Below, piece after piece: positions 1 through 9,297 of a stretch of 64,000 nt of DNA (position 1 is the stretch's first letter; each line of letters opens with the position of its first letter). The notes under the pieces are model-generated. The model ran no database searches. It was not told the DNA's origin and saw nothing but the letters and a program-made list of their open reading frames with translations. The position numbers and the translations under genes were made by a program. The DNA is from Thermovirgaceae bacterium (lineage in GTDB: Bacteria; Synergistota; Synergistia; Synergistales; Thermovirgaceae), in assembly GCA_040767805.1 (NCBI GenBank), contig JAXGNU010000004.1, forward strand, positions 32,001 to 96,000. Direction: 5' to 3'.

Positions 1-657
1 GAGGTCCACGGGGGCCTTGAGTTCCGGGTCCTTGCCGTTTATCAGAATGCGGACCCTCGTGACGGGGGAGAAGTTGGCGACGATGGTCCGAACCAGCGAC
101 GTCATGATCAGGGTGGCCTTCTCGACGGTCAGGTTCTGGACAACCTTCACGAAGGGGTCGTTTAGGTCCAGGTACAGCAGGTCGCCGTTGCGGAATACGT
201 GGAGGACCCGCACCTGTTCCGTTATGGTGTTCTCGGCCCTCATGGTCTCCATCAGCCCCACTATGACGGTCTTCACGTCCTCCTCGAGGATGCCGGGGAC
301 GAGGGATACCCTCTCGGGCTCGATGATGTCGCCCCTGGGGACGAAGACCTCGAAGCCCGACTTCTTCGTGCCCAGGCCTGAGGGCTCGGAGGTGTCCTCC
401 AGGACCTTCCTGGCCTCGGCGGGGTCGCTCACGACGTTCGGCTGGGTGATGATCTCCTTCCGGTTCAGGTACTTCAGGGTCAGCGACGTTCCCCAGTACC
501 CCACGGCGAAGAGGAGCACCAGGACGGAGACCCAAGCGACGACCCGAAGGGCCGGGTGGACCCTCCCGCCCTCGTCGTCGTCGTAAAGGTCGTCCTCGTC
601 GTCGTCATCGAAAAGAGGATTCGGGCCCCTCTTCTCCCAATCCTGGGATTCCAGCAT
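1..657 (-). CDS. GerMN-like domain membrane protein (3' end runs off window)
   Basis: My translation from ATG at 657 (GGAGG upstream): acidic N-terminus, one TM helix (VVAWVSVLVLLFAVGYW), C-terminal ...LYLDLNDPF...SLVRTIVANFSPVTRVRILING typical of GerMN; downstream of an amidase. Confidence 0.7.
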   Translation of the reverse strand, partial: MLESQDWEKRGPNPLFDDDDEDDLYDDDEGGRVHPALRVVAWVSVLVLLFAVGYWGTSLTLKYLNRKEIITQPNVVSDPAEARKVLEDTSEPSGLGTKKSGFEVFVPRGDIIEPERVSLVPGILEEDVKTVIVGLMETMRAENTITEQVRVLHVFRNGDLLYLDLNDPFVKVVQNLTVEKATLIMTSLVRTIVANFSPVTRVRILINGKDPELKAPVDL

Positions 658-707
658 AGTCTTCGCCTCCTATCGCGATCGGTCTTTTTAAGGGTGCCGG
701 GCGGAGC

Positions 708-2381
708 CTAATTGAATTGGCTCTGTCCCAGGAATTCCACGATACCCGCCGAAAGGGCCTCGGCGATCCGCTTCTGGTAGTTGGCGTTCTTGAGCATCGC
801 CGCCTCGGCCTTGTTGGTCAGGTAACCCATCTCGACCAGGACCGAGGGCATCCCCGCTCCCCGGAGCACGAAGAAGGGCGCCTGGGCGACCCTCCTCATG
901 GTGAGCTTTTTGGCTCCCCCCTTGCGGTAGAGGATCTCAGCGAAGGAGGTGCTCTCCTGGATCTTTACGTTCTGCTGCATGTCGCCGAGGATCTTCAGCA
1001 GCATCCGTGTCCTCCTGTCGACGGCCTCGCTGCTCTCGAGGCCGCCGCCGACGAGTTCCCTGTTCTCTATCAGGGCCAGTTCCATGGCGTGCTTGTCGCT
1101 GGGCAGGGCCATCAGGTATATCTCCATCCCCTGGGCGGACCTGCCCTTGGGCAACGCGTTGCAATGAAGGCTCACGAAGGCGTCGGCGTCCTCCTTTATG
1201 GCTATGCTCGTCCTCTGCGACAGCTGGAGGTAGACGTCGGTGCTCCTGGTCAGGACCACCCGGAGCCCCTCCTTTTTGAGCATGTCCGCCATGAGCCTTG
1301 CCACGCGGAGGTTTATGTCCTTCTCCCTGACCCCGTTGGCCACCGCCCCGGGGTCCTTGCCGCCGTGCCCGGCGTCGATCACCACGGTCCTGGCCCCGCC
1401 GGGGGCCTTGGACGGCATACCCGGCGCGGGTAGGGCCGGGCCCGCCTCCGCGGGGAGTTCCTCTTCAACTTCCACCGCTTCTTCTACGGTAACCTCTTCG
1501 GCCGGCCCCGTCCAGGGGGCGTAGGGCGCCTGCGCCGCCCCTACGGGCCTCGGGTCGTAGAAGTCTATGACCTGCCTGAAGGGGCCCTCCAGGGCGAAGT
1601 GCCTCACCGACGAGGCGTTGTGCTTGAAAGCCATGACGACGCGGTCGCCGAACTGGGTCACCGAAAGGCCTACCTCCGAGGGGTAGGGCGAGGCCGAGCC
1701 GGCCGTACCCCTGGCCATCAGCCCCGGGATGGTCACCGTGACCGCCCCGGGCCCCGCCTCGATCTTCGGGGCTGTGGGGTTCGAAAGGTCCAGGACGACC
1801 CTGATGCCGAAATCCTGCCGCCCCCACCGGATGGACCTCACCGTGGCCGGCGCCGCGGAGAGAGCGCCGGGAAGGGGCGCGCCGGAAACCTGGGGCGGAG
1901 GAGCGGGGCTCGCCGGCGGGGGTCCGGGGGGCGCCTGGAGCCTGGGCTTGTAGCCCTCACCCTTCCAGGTGAGGGAGCCGGCCTCGGGGCCCGCCACGCG
2001 GCCGCAAAGGACGAGGGCGCAGTCAGGGTCCACCCACCAGTGCCCTCCTTCGCGCACCACCTCGTGCATAAGGGGGATGATCTCCCCCTTGTGAACGGCC
2101 GCCGCGGCGCCGGGAAAGAGCTGCAGCGAGCCCCCGGGGCCCTTCAGGACCAGGGTGTCGCCCTTACCCTCGGCGGAGAGGCCCGCGAGCCCCGCGGCGG
2201 AGTCCAGGGCCACCAGCCTGACGCCCCGGGCGTCCATCACGGCCACCCGCCCGAGGGAGCGGCCGTCGCGGAGCAGTTCCCACTCCACCGGGGCGGAGAG
2301 GGCCCCCGGGGAAAGGACCGCCAGGAGCAGGAGCGCGGCTATGGCGCCCAGGGCCGCCCTAGGCGCCGGCCATCGAGACAT
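708..2381 (-). CDS. N-acetylmuramoyl-L-alanine amidase (Amidase_3) with signal peptide and AMIN-like region
   Basis: VVIDAGHGGKDPGA, EKDINL, FVSLHCNA, SVLVEMGYLTN motifs. Confidence 0.92.
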   Translation of the reverse strand: MSRWPAPRAALGAIAALLLLAVLSPGALSAPVEWELLRDGRSLGRVAVMDARGVRLVALDSAAGLAGLSAEGKGDTLVLKGPGGSLQLFPGAAAAVHKGEIIPLMHEVVREGGHWWVDPDCALVLCGRVAGPEAGSLTWKGEGYKPRLQAPPGPPPASPAPPPQVSGAPLPGALSAAPATVRSIRWGRQDFGIRVVLDLSNPTAPKIEAGPGAVTVTIPGLMARGTAGSASPYPSEVGLSVTQFGDRVVMAFKHNASSVRHFALEGPFRQVIDFYDPRPVGAAQAPYAPWTGPAEEVTVEEAVEVEEELPAEAGPALPAPGMPSKAPGGARTVVIDAGHGGKDPGAVANGVREKDINLRVARLMADMLKKEGLRVVLTRSTDVYLQLSQRTSIAIKEDADAFVSLHCNALPKGRSAQGMEIYLMALPSDKHAMELALIENRELVGGGLESSEAVDRRTRMLLKILGDMQQNVKIQESTSFAEILYRKGGAKKLTMRRVAQAPFFVLRGAGMPSVLVEMGYLTNKAEAAMLKNANYQKRIAEALSAGIVEFLGQSQFN

Positions 2382-3723
2382 CCCGAACCACCATGGTGCA
2401 CCCCCCGATCTCGCCGAAGAAGCGCAGGTCGTCGCCCACCTCGGAAAGGGCCGAAAGGAGACCCAAAAGGTTACCGGCCATGGTCATGCCCGCTACGGGG
2501 GCGCCGGGGCGGCCGGAGCCGTCGATCAGGGCGCCCTTGACCCCCAGGGAGAAATCACCGCTGATGGGGTCGATGGTGTGGACGCCCATGAGTTCCGTAA
2601 CGAGGACTCCGCCGGCGCAGTCTTTGAATATCTGCTCCTTCCCCCTCTTACCGGGGACGGGGAAAAGGTTTGAAAAACCCACGTCCGGGAGGCTCCCGGG
2701 GGACCGGGAAGCGTTCCCCGTGGCGGAGGCCCCGAACTTCCTCGCGTACTTGAGGTCGTAGAGGAAGGAGGTCACCGTCCCCCGGTCCAGCAGCACCGTC
2801 CGGCCCGGGGGGACCCCCTCCCCGTCCCAGGGCGATGTCCCGACCGCCCAGGGGATGGTCCCGTCATCGACCAGGGTGAGGCAGTCGCTGCCGACCTTAT
2901 GCCCCACCCGGCCCTTCAGCATAGAGCGGTTCTTGAAGACCTCGGGCGCCAGGAAAAGTTCCCCGAGGGCTTCCACGAGGGAAGCGGCGGCCTCGGGGTC
3001 CAGCACCACGTCGTAGACGCGGGTGGGGGCCGGCTTCCCCCCCAGCGTGAGGGCGCCCCGCTCGACGGCCTCCCGCGCCACGGACCCGGGGTCGATGTCG
3101 CAAGACCGCCTGCTTTCGGCGTAGGCGCCGGCCATCTCCTGGGCCTCCCCGTCGGAGAGGACCACCGTCACGGAACAGGAGGCCCAGGTGTCGTCGTACC
3201 AGCCCAGGAAGCCCTCGCTGGAGGCGTAAAAAGTGCTCCCCGAGCCGTCCGACCAAGCCGCCTCGCGGACGGAAACCACCCTGTCGTCGGCGCGCGATGC
3301 CAGGTCGTGCATCAGCCGGCAGCGCTCCTCCCTCTCGGCATGACCCATGCCGGCGGTAGCGGCGTCGAAGACCCCGGCCATCTGGGTATCGGGGGCCTTA
3401 CCGCCGTAGAGGGCCACGTCGGACTCGGGTTCGGAGGCGTGGCAATTCTCGAGGCACAGGTCCACCAACCGCTGAATCGCGTCCCGTGATAGGTCCCCCG
3501 TGTCGGCGACGCCCTGGCGGCCCTCCCTGTCGGCGGCGCGGCAGCCTATCCGGATCGAGGATCCCAGGGTGTCCCACTCGGGCTCGCCGTCCCTGAGGGA
3601 GAGCCTCGAGGACCTCCCCGAGTGGTAGAGCACATCGGCCAGGAGCGCCCCCCTGCCCAGGGAGGCCTCCATCATCCAGCGGGCTATCGATTCGACCTCC
3701 TGCCGGGAAGGACCTTGGCTCAT
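2359..3723 (-). CDS. TldD/PmbA family protein (PmbA-like)
   Basis: DGEGVP, STGNASR, SGDFSLG, AGNL motifs; start MSQGPS overlaps the ltaE stop. Confidence 0.88.
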   Translation of the reverse strand: MSQGPSRQEVESIARWMMEASLGRGALLADVLYHSGRSSRLSLRDGEPEWDTLGSSIRIGCRAADREGRQGVADTGDLSRDAIQRLVDLCLENCHASEPESDVALYGGKAPDTQMAGVFDAATAGMGHAEREERCRLMHDLASRADDRVVSVREAAWSDGSGSTFYASSEGFLGWYDDTWASCSVTVVLSDGEAQEMAGAYAESRRSCDIDPGSVAREAVERGALTLGGKPAPTRVYDVVLDPEAAASLVEALGELFLAPEVFKNRSMLKGRVGHKVGSDCLTLVDDGTIPWAVGTSPWDGEGVPPGRTVLLDRGTVTSFLYDLKYARKFGASATGNASRSPGSLPDVGFSNLFPVPGKRGKEQIFKDCAGGVLVTELMGVHTIDPISGDFSLGVKGALIDGSGRPGAPVAGMTMAGNLLGLLSALSEVGDDLRFFGEIGGCTMVVRDVSMAGA

Positions 3724-4757
3724 CGGGAGGCCTTCAACTCCTCCATTATGGTTTCGGCGGCCCGGTTCACGTCGCCGGCGGTGACCCCGAAGTGGGTCAC
3801 CAGCCTGAACCTCCTCTCGGAGACGGCCCCGAAGAGGACGCCCCTGGCGGCGCACCGCCGGGAGAGTTCGTTGGCGTCGGGCCCGTCGGCCCCCAGTCCG
3901 ACGTAAACCATGTTGGTGGCCTTGCCCACCCTTTCCACGCCGACGCCGCCGGCAAGGAGCGCCGACGACAGCCTGGCGGCGTTCTCGTGGTCCTCGGCGA
4001 GCCTCTTCGTCATCTTCCGCAGGGCTATGAGCCCCGCCGCGGCCAGTACCCCGGCCTGCCTCAGGCCGCCGCCGAGCCTCTTGCGCCAGTGCCTCGCCCT
4101 GGTAATGAACTCGGCGCCGCCGCAGAGCATGGAACCTACGGGGGCCCCGAGGCCCTTTGAAAGGCAGAACTGGACGGAGTCAACGATCGCCGTGTACTCC
4201 GTCACGTCGACGCCCCAGGCGGTGGAGGCGTTGAAGACCCTGGCGCCGTCGAGGTGCACCGAAAGCCCCTCGGACCGGGCGGCTTCCACGGTGGCCTTGA
4301 AATCCTCCGGCGACACGGCCGTCCCTCCTGCCCTGTTGTGGGTGTTCTCCACGCAAAGCAGGCGGGCCGGGGCGTAATGGACGTTGCTCGGCCTGCACCA
4401 GGAGAGGACCCTGTCGGGGGGTATGATCCCCCCGGGGTCATCGGCCACGAGGGGCAGGATGCCGCCGAGGGCGGAGAGCCCCCCGCCTTCGTAGATGTAG
4501 ATGTGGCTGTCGGAGCCGAGGATGGTCCCGTCGCCCCGGGAGCAATGGGTCAGGAGCGCGGCGACGTTGCCCTGGGTGCCGGAGGTCACGAAAAGGGCGG
4601 CCTCCTGTCCCGTCATAAGGGCGGATTCCTTTTCCAGTTCATTTATCGTGGGGTCTTCCCCATAGACGTCGTCCCCCACGTCGGCGGCGGCCATGGCTGC
4701 CCTCATTTCATCGGTGGGCTTTGTAACGGTATCGCTGCGAAGATCGATAACTTTCAT
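3720..4757 (-). CDS. ltaE: Low-specificity L-threonine aldolase
   Basis: DLRSDTVTKPT, GDDVYGEDPT, ENTHN, HLDGARVFNA, CLSKGLGAPVGS. Confidence 0.95.
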   Translation of the reverse strand: MKVIDLRSDTVTKPTDEMRAAMAAADVGDDVYGEDPTINELEKESALMTGQEAALFVTSGTQGNVAALLTHCSRGDGTILGSDSHIYIYEGGGLSALGGILPLVADDPGGIIPPDRVLSWCRPSNVHYAPARLLCVENTHNRAGGTAVSPEDFKATVEAARSEGLSVHLDGARVFNASTAWGVDVTEYTAIVDSVQFCLSKGLGAPVGSMLCGGAEFITRARHWRKRLGGGLRQAGVLAAAGLIALRKMTKRLAEDHENAARLSSALLAGGVGVERVGKATNMVYVGLGADGPDANELSRRCAARGVLFGAVSERRFRLVTHFGVTAGDVNRAAETIMEELKASR

Positions 4758-4853
4758 GGGCGTCAGCCTCCCCGGCCGGGCTTTAGGCGGCGGCCTTTTC
4801 TTTGCTTGTTATAATATCATCATTCCGATCCTTCAAAAAAGGGTGGGTCCGCA

Positions 4854-5549
4854 ATGGAAGCCGTAACGAGAGTCCCCGTCGTGAGGGTGAGCGGCGCCGG
4901 CACGAAGCGCTTCGACGATGAAGCGGCGGTGGAGGGGAATTACCTCCTGGTCATCGACGGCGGCCCCGCCCGGGAGGTCGTCCTTTCGCCCCTGGATCTC
5001 AGGGAATGGGCCGTGGGCAACCTCTTCTGCGCCGGGGTGATCTCCGGCGCACCCGATATCCTCGCCTTTGACGAAAGGGACGGGAGGATCGAGGTCAGGA
5101 TCGCCCCCTCGCCCCGGCCGCCCGGGCGGGACGAGGGGGCTACGGTCAAGACGTCGCCCGGGGTAATAGAGGACGGGGCCCGGTGGATCGCGGAGGCGCC
5201 CCTCTTCGGCAGGACCGGGGGGTTCCACGCGGCGGCCCTGCTGTCCTTCGAGGGAAAGAGGCTGGCCCTCTTCGAGGACATCAGCCGCCACAACGCCCTC
5301 GACAAGGTCATCGGGTGGGGGCTCATCCGGGGGGTGGACCTGGGTAGGGCACTGGTGGTCCAGTCCGGCAGGCTTCCCAGGGACATGGTCGCCAAGGCCG
5401 CCGCGGCCGGGATACCCCTTCTCGGGAGCGTCTCCGCTTCGACCGACGCCGGGGTATCCCTGGCGAGGGAGGAGGGCATCACCCTGGTGAGCTTCATCAG
5501 GGAGGGCAGGATGAACATCCACACCCATCCCGAGAGGGTGAGGGTCTAG
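4854..5549 (+). CDS. fdhD: FdhD/NarQ family sulfurtransferase-like protein
   Basis: TGGFHAAAL, EDISRHNALDKVIG, SGRLP motifs. Confidence 0.85.
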   Translation: MEAVTRVPVVRVSGAGTKRFDDEAAVEGNYLLVIDGGPAREVVLSPLDLREWAVGNLFCAGVISGAPDILAFDERDGRIEVRIAPSPRPPGRDEGATVKTSPGVIEDGARWIAEAPLFGRTGGFHAAALLSFEGKRLALFEDISRHNALDKVIGWGLIRGVDLGRALVVQSGRLPRDMVAKAAAAGIPLLGSVSASTDAGVSLAREEGITLVSFIREGRMNIHTHPERVRV

Positions 5550-5554
5550 GGGGA

Positions 5555-6382
5555 CTAGATGCTGACCCCCAGCCGCGCCCAGGGGAGCAGCCCCTCGGTC
5601 ACGGCGACGCCGAGGTCCATCCCCGGGCGGTCGACGCCGTGGAAGTCGGAGCCCGCCGTCGGGAAGAGGCCGAACCGGGAGGCGACCTTCATCCAGTAGT
5701 AGATCTCCCCCGAACCGTGGTGGCCCGAAATGCACTCTAGGCCCCACAAGCCATGACCTTTCAGCCTTTCCAGGAGCGCGAAGAGGTGGTCCTCGTCCAG
5801 GCCCATCAGGCCGGGATGGCCAAGCACGGCGACGCCTCCCGCCTCGTCGACGGCCTCCAGGCACTGCTCGGGGGTGAGCCGGGAACTGGCTACGTAGGCG
5901 GGGGCGCCCCTCCCGATGTACCGGTTGAAGGCCGAGGCTATGTCCCGGACATAACCCTTCTTCACAAGGACCCTCGCTATGTGCGGCCGGGCCACGACCT
6001 CGCCGCCCGATTCGGCCTCGACCTCTTCGAGGCTTATCGCCACGCCGAGGGAAACCAGTTTCTCCACCATGAGGGCGTTCCTCCTCCGGCGGTTCTCCCG
6101 CAGGGCGCCGAGCTTCTCCTGGAGGCCGGGGCAGGACCGGTCGATACGGTAGCCCATGATGTGAAGGGTGTGGGGGGCCTCGGCGGACAGTTCCACCCCG
6201 GTGATGCCCTGGATCCCCTTCTTGCCGCAGGCCGCCAGGAACCTGTCGAGGCCGGCGGTCGTGTCGTGGTCGGTGAGGCTCAGAATCGACACGTGCCTTT
6301 TGGCGGCCCTACCGACCAGGGCTTCCGGTGAAAAGGTGCCGTCGCTGAAGGTGCTGTGGGTGTGAAGGTCCACGATCAGCAT
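5555..6382 (-). CDS. PHP-domain metal-dependent phosphoesterase (TrpH-like)
   Basis: DLHTHSTFSDG, LTDHDT, GVELS, RPHIA, GSDFHG; true start MLIVDLH at 6382. Confidence 0.9.
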   Translation of the reverse strand: MLIVDLHTHSTFSDGTFSPEALVGRAAKRHVSILSLTDHDTTAGLDRFLAACGKKGIQGITGVELSAEAPHTLHIMGYRIDRSCPGLQEKLGALRENRRRRNALMVEKLVSLGVAISLEEVEAESGGEVVARPHIARVLVKKGYVRDIASAFNRYIGRGAPAYVASSRLTPEQCLEAVDEAGGVAVLGHPGLMGLDEDHLFALLERLKGHGLWGLECISGHHGSGEIYYWMKVASRFGLFPTAGSDFHGVDRPGMDLGVAVTEGLLPWARLGVSI

Positions 6383-7437
6383 CCCCGGCCCCCCTTCCTC
6401 GAGCAGGCGACCTCGATGAGGTCCCTCAGCAGGGAATAAGCCGTATGCCTCGGGCCGATGCCGCCGCCGGCGACGAAGATCTCCCCCAGCGTGTCCGTCA
6501 GGAAAAGCACCCCGTTGGTGGCGCCGTGGACCCGCGAGAGGGGGTTGGAGGGTGAGAGGACCTCGGGCCTGACCGTGATGGCGACGCTGCCCTTTTCCCT
6601 CTCCACCCTGGAGACGAGGCGGACGGCGCCGCCCGAGTGGGCCGCCTCCAGGAGCAGCCTGGTCTTGATCTGGTTTATCCCCTGGACCTCGATGTCCTCC
6701 AGGGGGACCGGGGGAGCGTCCATGAGGACCTGGGCGATGATCGAGGCCTTGACGGCGCTGTCCCAACCTTCGATGTCGAAGGTTGGATCCGTCTCGGCGT
6801 AACCCTTCCTCCTGGCGTCGAGGAGGGCGTCGTCGAAGGAGGCGCCGGCGACCATGAGGTCGAGGATGTAGTTGGAGGTGGTGTTCATTACGCCTTCGCA
6901 GGAAAGGACCTCCGACCCCGTGAGGCAGTGCCTCGCGAAGGAGAAGAAGGGGGTGCCGCCCATGACGGCCGCCTCGAACAGGAAGAGGGCTCCCCTGGCG
7001 GCGGCGAAGTCCCGTATCTCCCGGTACCCCAGGAAGAGAGGACCCTTGTTGGAGGTGATCACGTCCTTCCCCCGCTGGAGCCCACCGAGGATGAAGCCCT
7101 TCGGCTCTTCCGGGGACTGGAGGGCGGTGGAGGTACACACGACCAGGAGGTCGTAATCCATCTCCTGGACCATCTCCCCCGCCGAGGGACAGCCCCGCCC
7201 ACCCCGGGAGGGGGCCGGGCCGAGCCTGCCCGTGGAGGATTCCTTTTTCAGGAGGGCTCCGATATCCAGCCCCCCAGGGTCGCTCACGCAACCCCTCGAG
7301 CGGGTCGCTATACCCACGAAACGGCCATCGACGCCGAACAGGTCCTTCAAGATAGGGGCTTTCTCCTCGACGATCTCACAGAAGGCCCTCCCCACGTTGC
7401 CGAAACCGAGAAGAAGGATCTTCAAGGCTATCGTCAC
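6376..7437 (-). CDS. hom: Homoserine dehydrogenase (no ACT domain)
   Basis: GFGNVG, VITSNKGP, FEAAVMGGTP, GYAETDPTFDIEGWD; GTG start chosen after GGAG. Confidence 0.88.
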   Translation of the reverse strand: MTIALKILLLGFGNVGRAFCEIVEEKAPILKDLFGVDGRFVGIATRSRGCVSDPGGLDIGALLKKESSTGRLGPAPSRGGRGCPSAGEMVQEMDYDLLVVCTSTALQSPEEPKGFILGGLQRGKDVITSNKGPLFLGYREIRDFAAARGALFLFEAAVMGGTPFFSFARHCLTGSEVLSCEGVMNTTSNYILDLMVAGASFDDALLDARRKGYAETDPTFDIEGWDSAVKASIIAQVLMDAPPVPLEDIEVQGINQIKTRLLLEAAHSGGAVRLVSRVEREKGSVAITVRPEVLSPSNPLSRVHGATNGVLFLTDTLGEIFVAGGGIGPRHTAYSLLRDLIEVACSRKGGRGC

Positions 7438-7571
7438 CTCCCGCCGGACAGTCATCAAAGCCATTGGGGTCTATGATATCATTGCGTTTGATCTTCCAGA
7501 GCGGAATGCCCGAAACGACCCGTAAAAGGGATTTCCCCGGGGGAAAAGAACAGGACGGGAGGCCACAAGTA

Positions 7572-7931
7572 ATGACCGATCCAAAGGATGATCACGACAG
7601 GGTCTTCAGCGAGAACTACGCCAGGGCGGCGGCCCGGGTGCTGGAGGCCGTCTCGAGGACGGCCCAGCTTTCCTCGCTGGCGACGCCGGAAGTACAGGAC
7701 CTCTTTGAGAACTGGCTCGAAATACTGGGCCGCCAGATCCTGCTGGACCAGGAGGTGCCCGGCCGAATGGATATCCCCTCGAAGGCGGCCGAGATAGGCG
7801 TGTCGTCCTCCTCCCTGCTGGGGTTGCTCCTTTACCTCCAGAGGCAGGGCAGGATCTGTATAACCGAGGTCCTCCTCGCGCCGGGATGCGGCCGCGATGA
7901 GGATATCTGCGACTGCATCAGGCAGGGGTGA
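7572..7931 (+). CDS. Hypothetical protein (~119 aa, C-terminal Cys motif)
   Basis: GGGAGG before ATG 7572; stop overlaps the deoC GTG. Confidence 0.65.
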   Translation: MTDPKDDHDRVFSENYARAAARVLEAVSRTAQLSSLATPEVQDLFENWLEILGRQILLDQEVPGRMDIPSKAAEIGVSSSSLLGLLLYLQRQGRICITEVLLAPGCGRDEDICDCIRQG

Positions 7932-8677
7932 CAGCCGTGACCGACATAGAACTGCTCTCAAAGCGGGCAAGGATGAAGGCGGCCAAGGCCGAGGCCGGGC
8001 TCTTCGAACGCCCCTCGCCGGAGAGGGTCCGGAGTTCCATCGACCATACACTCCTCACCGCCGGGGCCTCCCTGGAGGACGTGGCGGCCCTGTGCGACGA
8101 GGCGGTGCGCTTCGGGTTCGCCTCGGTCTGCGTCCCCTTGAGCTGTGTTCCCGACGCCCGGCGATTCCTCTTGGGGTCGGCGGTCAAGGTGGGGACCGTG
8201 GCGGCCTTCCCCCTGGGGTCCACCCCGATACCGGTTAAGACCGCCGAAGTACGCTGGGCCCTGGACAACGGGGCCGACGAAGTGGACGCCGTGGTGGATA
8301 TCAGGGCCGCCAGGGCCCTCGACAGGGGAGCCCTCCGGGACGACCTTTCGGCCCTGAGGGAGGCCTCCCGGGGGGCTGTCCTCAAGGTGATCCTCGAGAT
8401 GCCCCTGCTGAACGACGCCCAGGCGGTCACCGCGGTGATGCTGGCCGAGCAGGCCGGCGTGGATTTCCTCAAGACCTGCACGGGCTTCGCCGGTGGCGTC
8501 ACCTTCTACCACGTGGCCCTTTTGAGGACCGCCGCCTCCGACAGGGTAAGGATAAAGGCTTCCGGCGGGATCAGGACCTACGCGGCGGCGGAGATCCTCG
8601 TGGCCCAGGGGGCCGACAGGCTGGGGACGTCGAAGGCGACGCAGTTTTTGACCCCCCCGGAGGGCAAAGCGCTTTAG
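7928..8677 (+). CDS. deoC: Deoxyribose-phosphate aldolase
   Basis: IDHTLL, FPLG, GADEVD, LKVILE, FLKTCTGF, KASGGIRT, RLGTS. Confidence 0.93.
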   Translation: MTAVTDIELLSKRARMKAAKAEAGLFERPSPERVRSSIDHTLLTAGASLEDVAALCDEAVRFGFASVCVPLSCVPDARRFLLGSAVKVGTVAAFPLGSTPIPVKTAEVRWALDNGADEVDAVVDIRAARALDRGALRDDLSALREASRGAVLKVILEMPLLNDAQAVTAVMLAEQAGVDFLKTCTGFAGGVTFYHVALLRTAASDRVRIKASGGIRTYAAAEILVAQGADRLGTSKATQFLTPPEGKAL

Positions 8678-8712
8678 TCGATCCCCTGCCGGGGCCCAGG
8701 GAAGGGCTATAC

Positions 8713-8744
8713 AAAAGGGCCGGAGGCATGCGCCTCCGGCCCTT
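8713..8744 (-). terminator. Intrinsic terminator of the rrn operon (possibly bidirectional with deoC)
   Basis: 13-bp stem AAGGGCCGGAGGC / GCCTCCGGCCCTT with a T run on the minus strand just after 5S. Confidence 0.8.
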
Positions 8745-8766
8745 GGTTCATCCTGTAAAAAAAGGT

Positions 8767-8883
8767 TTCCGGCGGCGTCCTACTCTCCCACCCCTCGAAG
8801 AGGCAGTACCATCGGCGCTGGAGGGCTTAACTGCCGGGTTCGGCATGGGTCCGGGTGTGTCACCTCCGCCATGGCCACCGAAA
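8767..8883 (-). rRNA. rrf: 5S rRNA
   Basis: Reverse complement contains CCCATGCCGAAC, GCCGATGGTACTG, GGGAGAGTAGG; terminal stem; ~117 nt. Confidence 0.96.
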
Positions 8884-8895
8884 ACCTTTTAAATA

Positions 8896-9061
8896 CCGTG
8901 AATCGTAAGTCGTAAATCGTGAGTCGTAAGTACCGTGAATCGTGAATCAGAAGAACCGTGAATCGTGAGTCGTAAATCGTGGGTCGAAAACCGTGAATCG
9001 CAAGGTCAAATTCATAGGCTGATCGTTTTGCTTTTACGTTTTGCTCTTACGATTCACGACT
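8896..9061. repeat. Heptamer tandem array (CGTGAAT/CGTAAGT/CGTAAAT/CGTGAGT) with an inverted arm, continuing at 10370-10388 after the IS
   Basis: About 14-15 units on + at 8897-9003; reverse-complement units CTTACG-ATTCACG-ACT at 9046-9061 and TACG-ATTAACG-ATTAACG at 10370-10387. Confidence 0.9.
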
Positions 9062-9074
9062 CGTATATTCTTTC

Positions 9075-9264
9075 GTCGGTTCTAAAATGAACCCTGTAAG
9101 GCAGTAGGTTTCGGGACGGCGAAGACCGATTTACGACTGAGGCCCTAGAGCCTGTTCGTAAGATAGGTCTAGTCGTTCCCACCGAGAACGGACGGTATGC
9201 TTGGGGCCCGGTAAGCCCGCATTTACGAGGCCGTTCCCTGGGAACAATGCCGTCCCGACAAACC
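9075..9264 (+). ncRNA. Bridge RNA (target-binding loop followed by donor-binding loop)
   Basis: Outer stem TCGGGACGGC 9111-9120 / GCCGTCCCGA 9249-9258; guides TTTACGACT 9130-9138, TCGTAAG 9156-9162, ACGGTAT 9192-9198, TACGAG 9224-9229; 5' and 3' ends approximate. Confidence 0.88.
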
Positions 9265-9297
9265 AACTGTAGCATTTCCTACGGGGGTGTTGAAGCT

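Noticed and set aside
6383..7291. N-terminal extension of the PHP ORF (578 aa call)
   Set aside because: Overlaps hom in another frame; the real start is MLIVDLH at 6382
8896..9003. Heptamer array as a CRISPR array
   Set aside because: 7-bp contiguous units, no unique spacers, no cas genes
9129..9138. ATTTACGACT as the left IS boundary
   Set aside because: It lies inside the 9111-9258 stem and is the target guide; only the 9060-61 CT gives a donor matching the RDG and a 17-bp junction promoter
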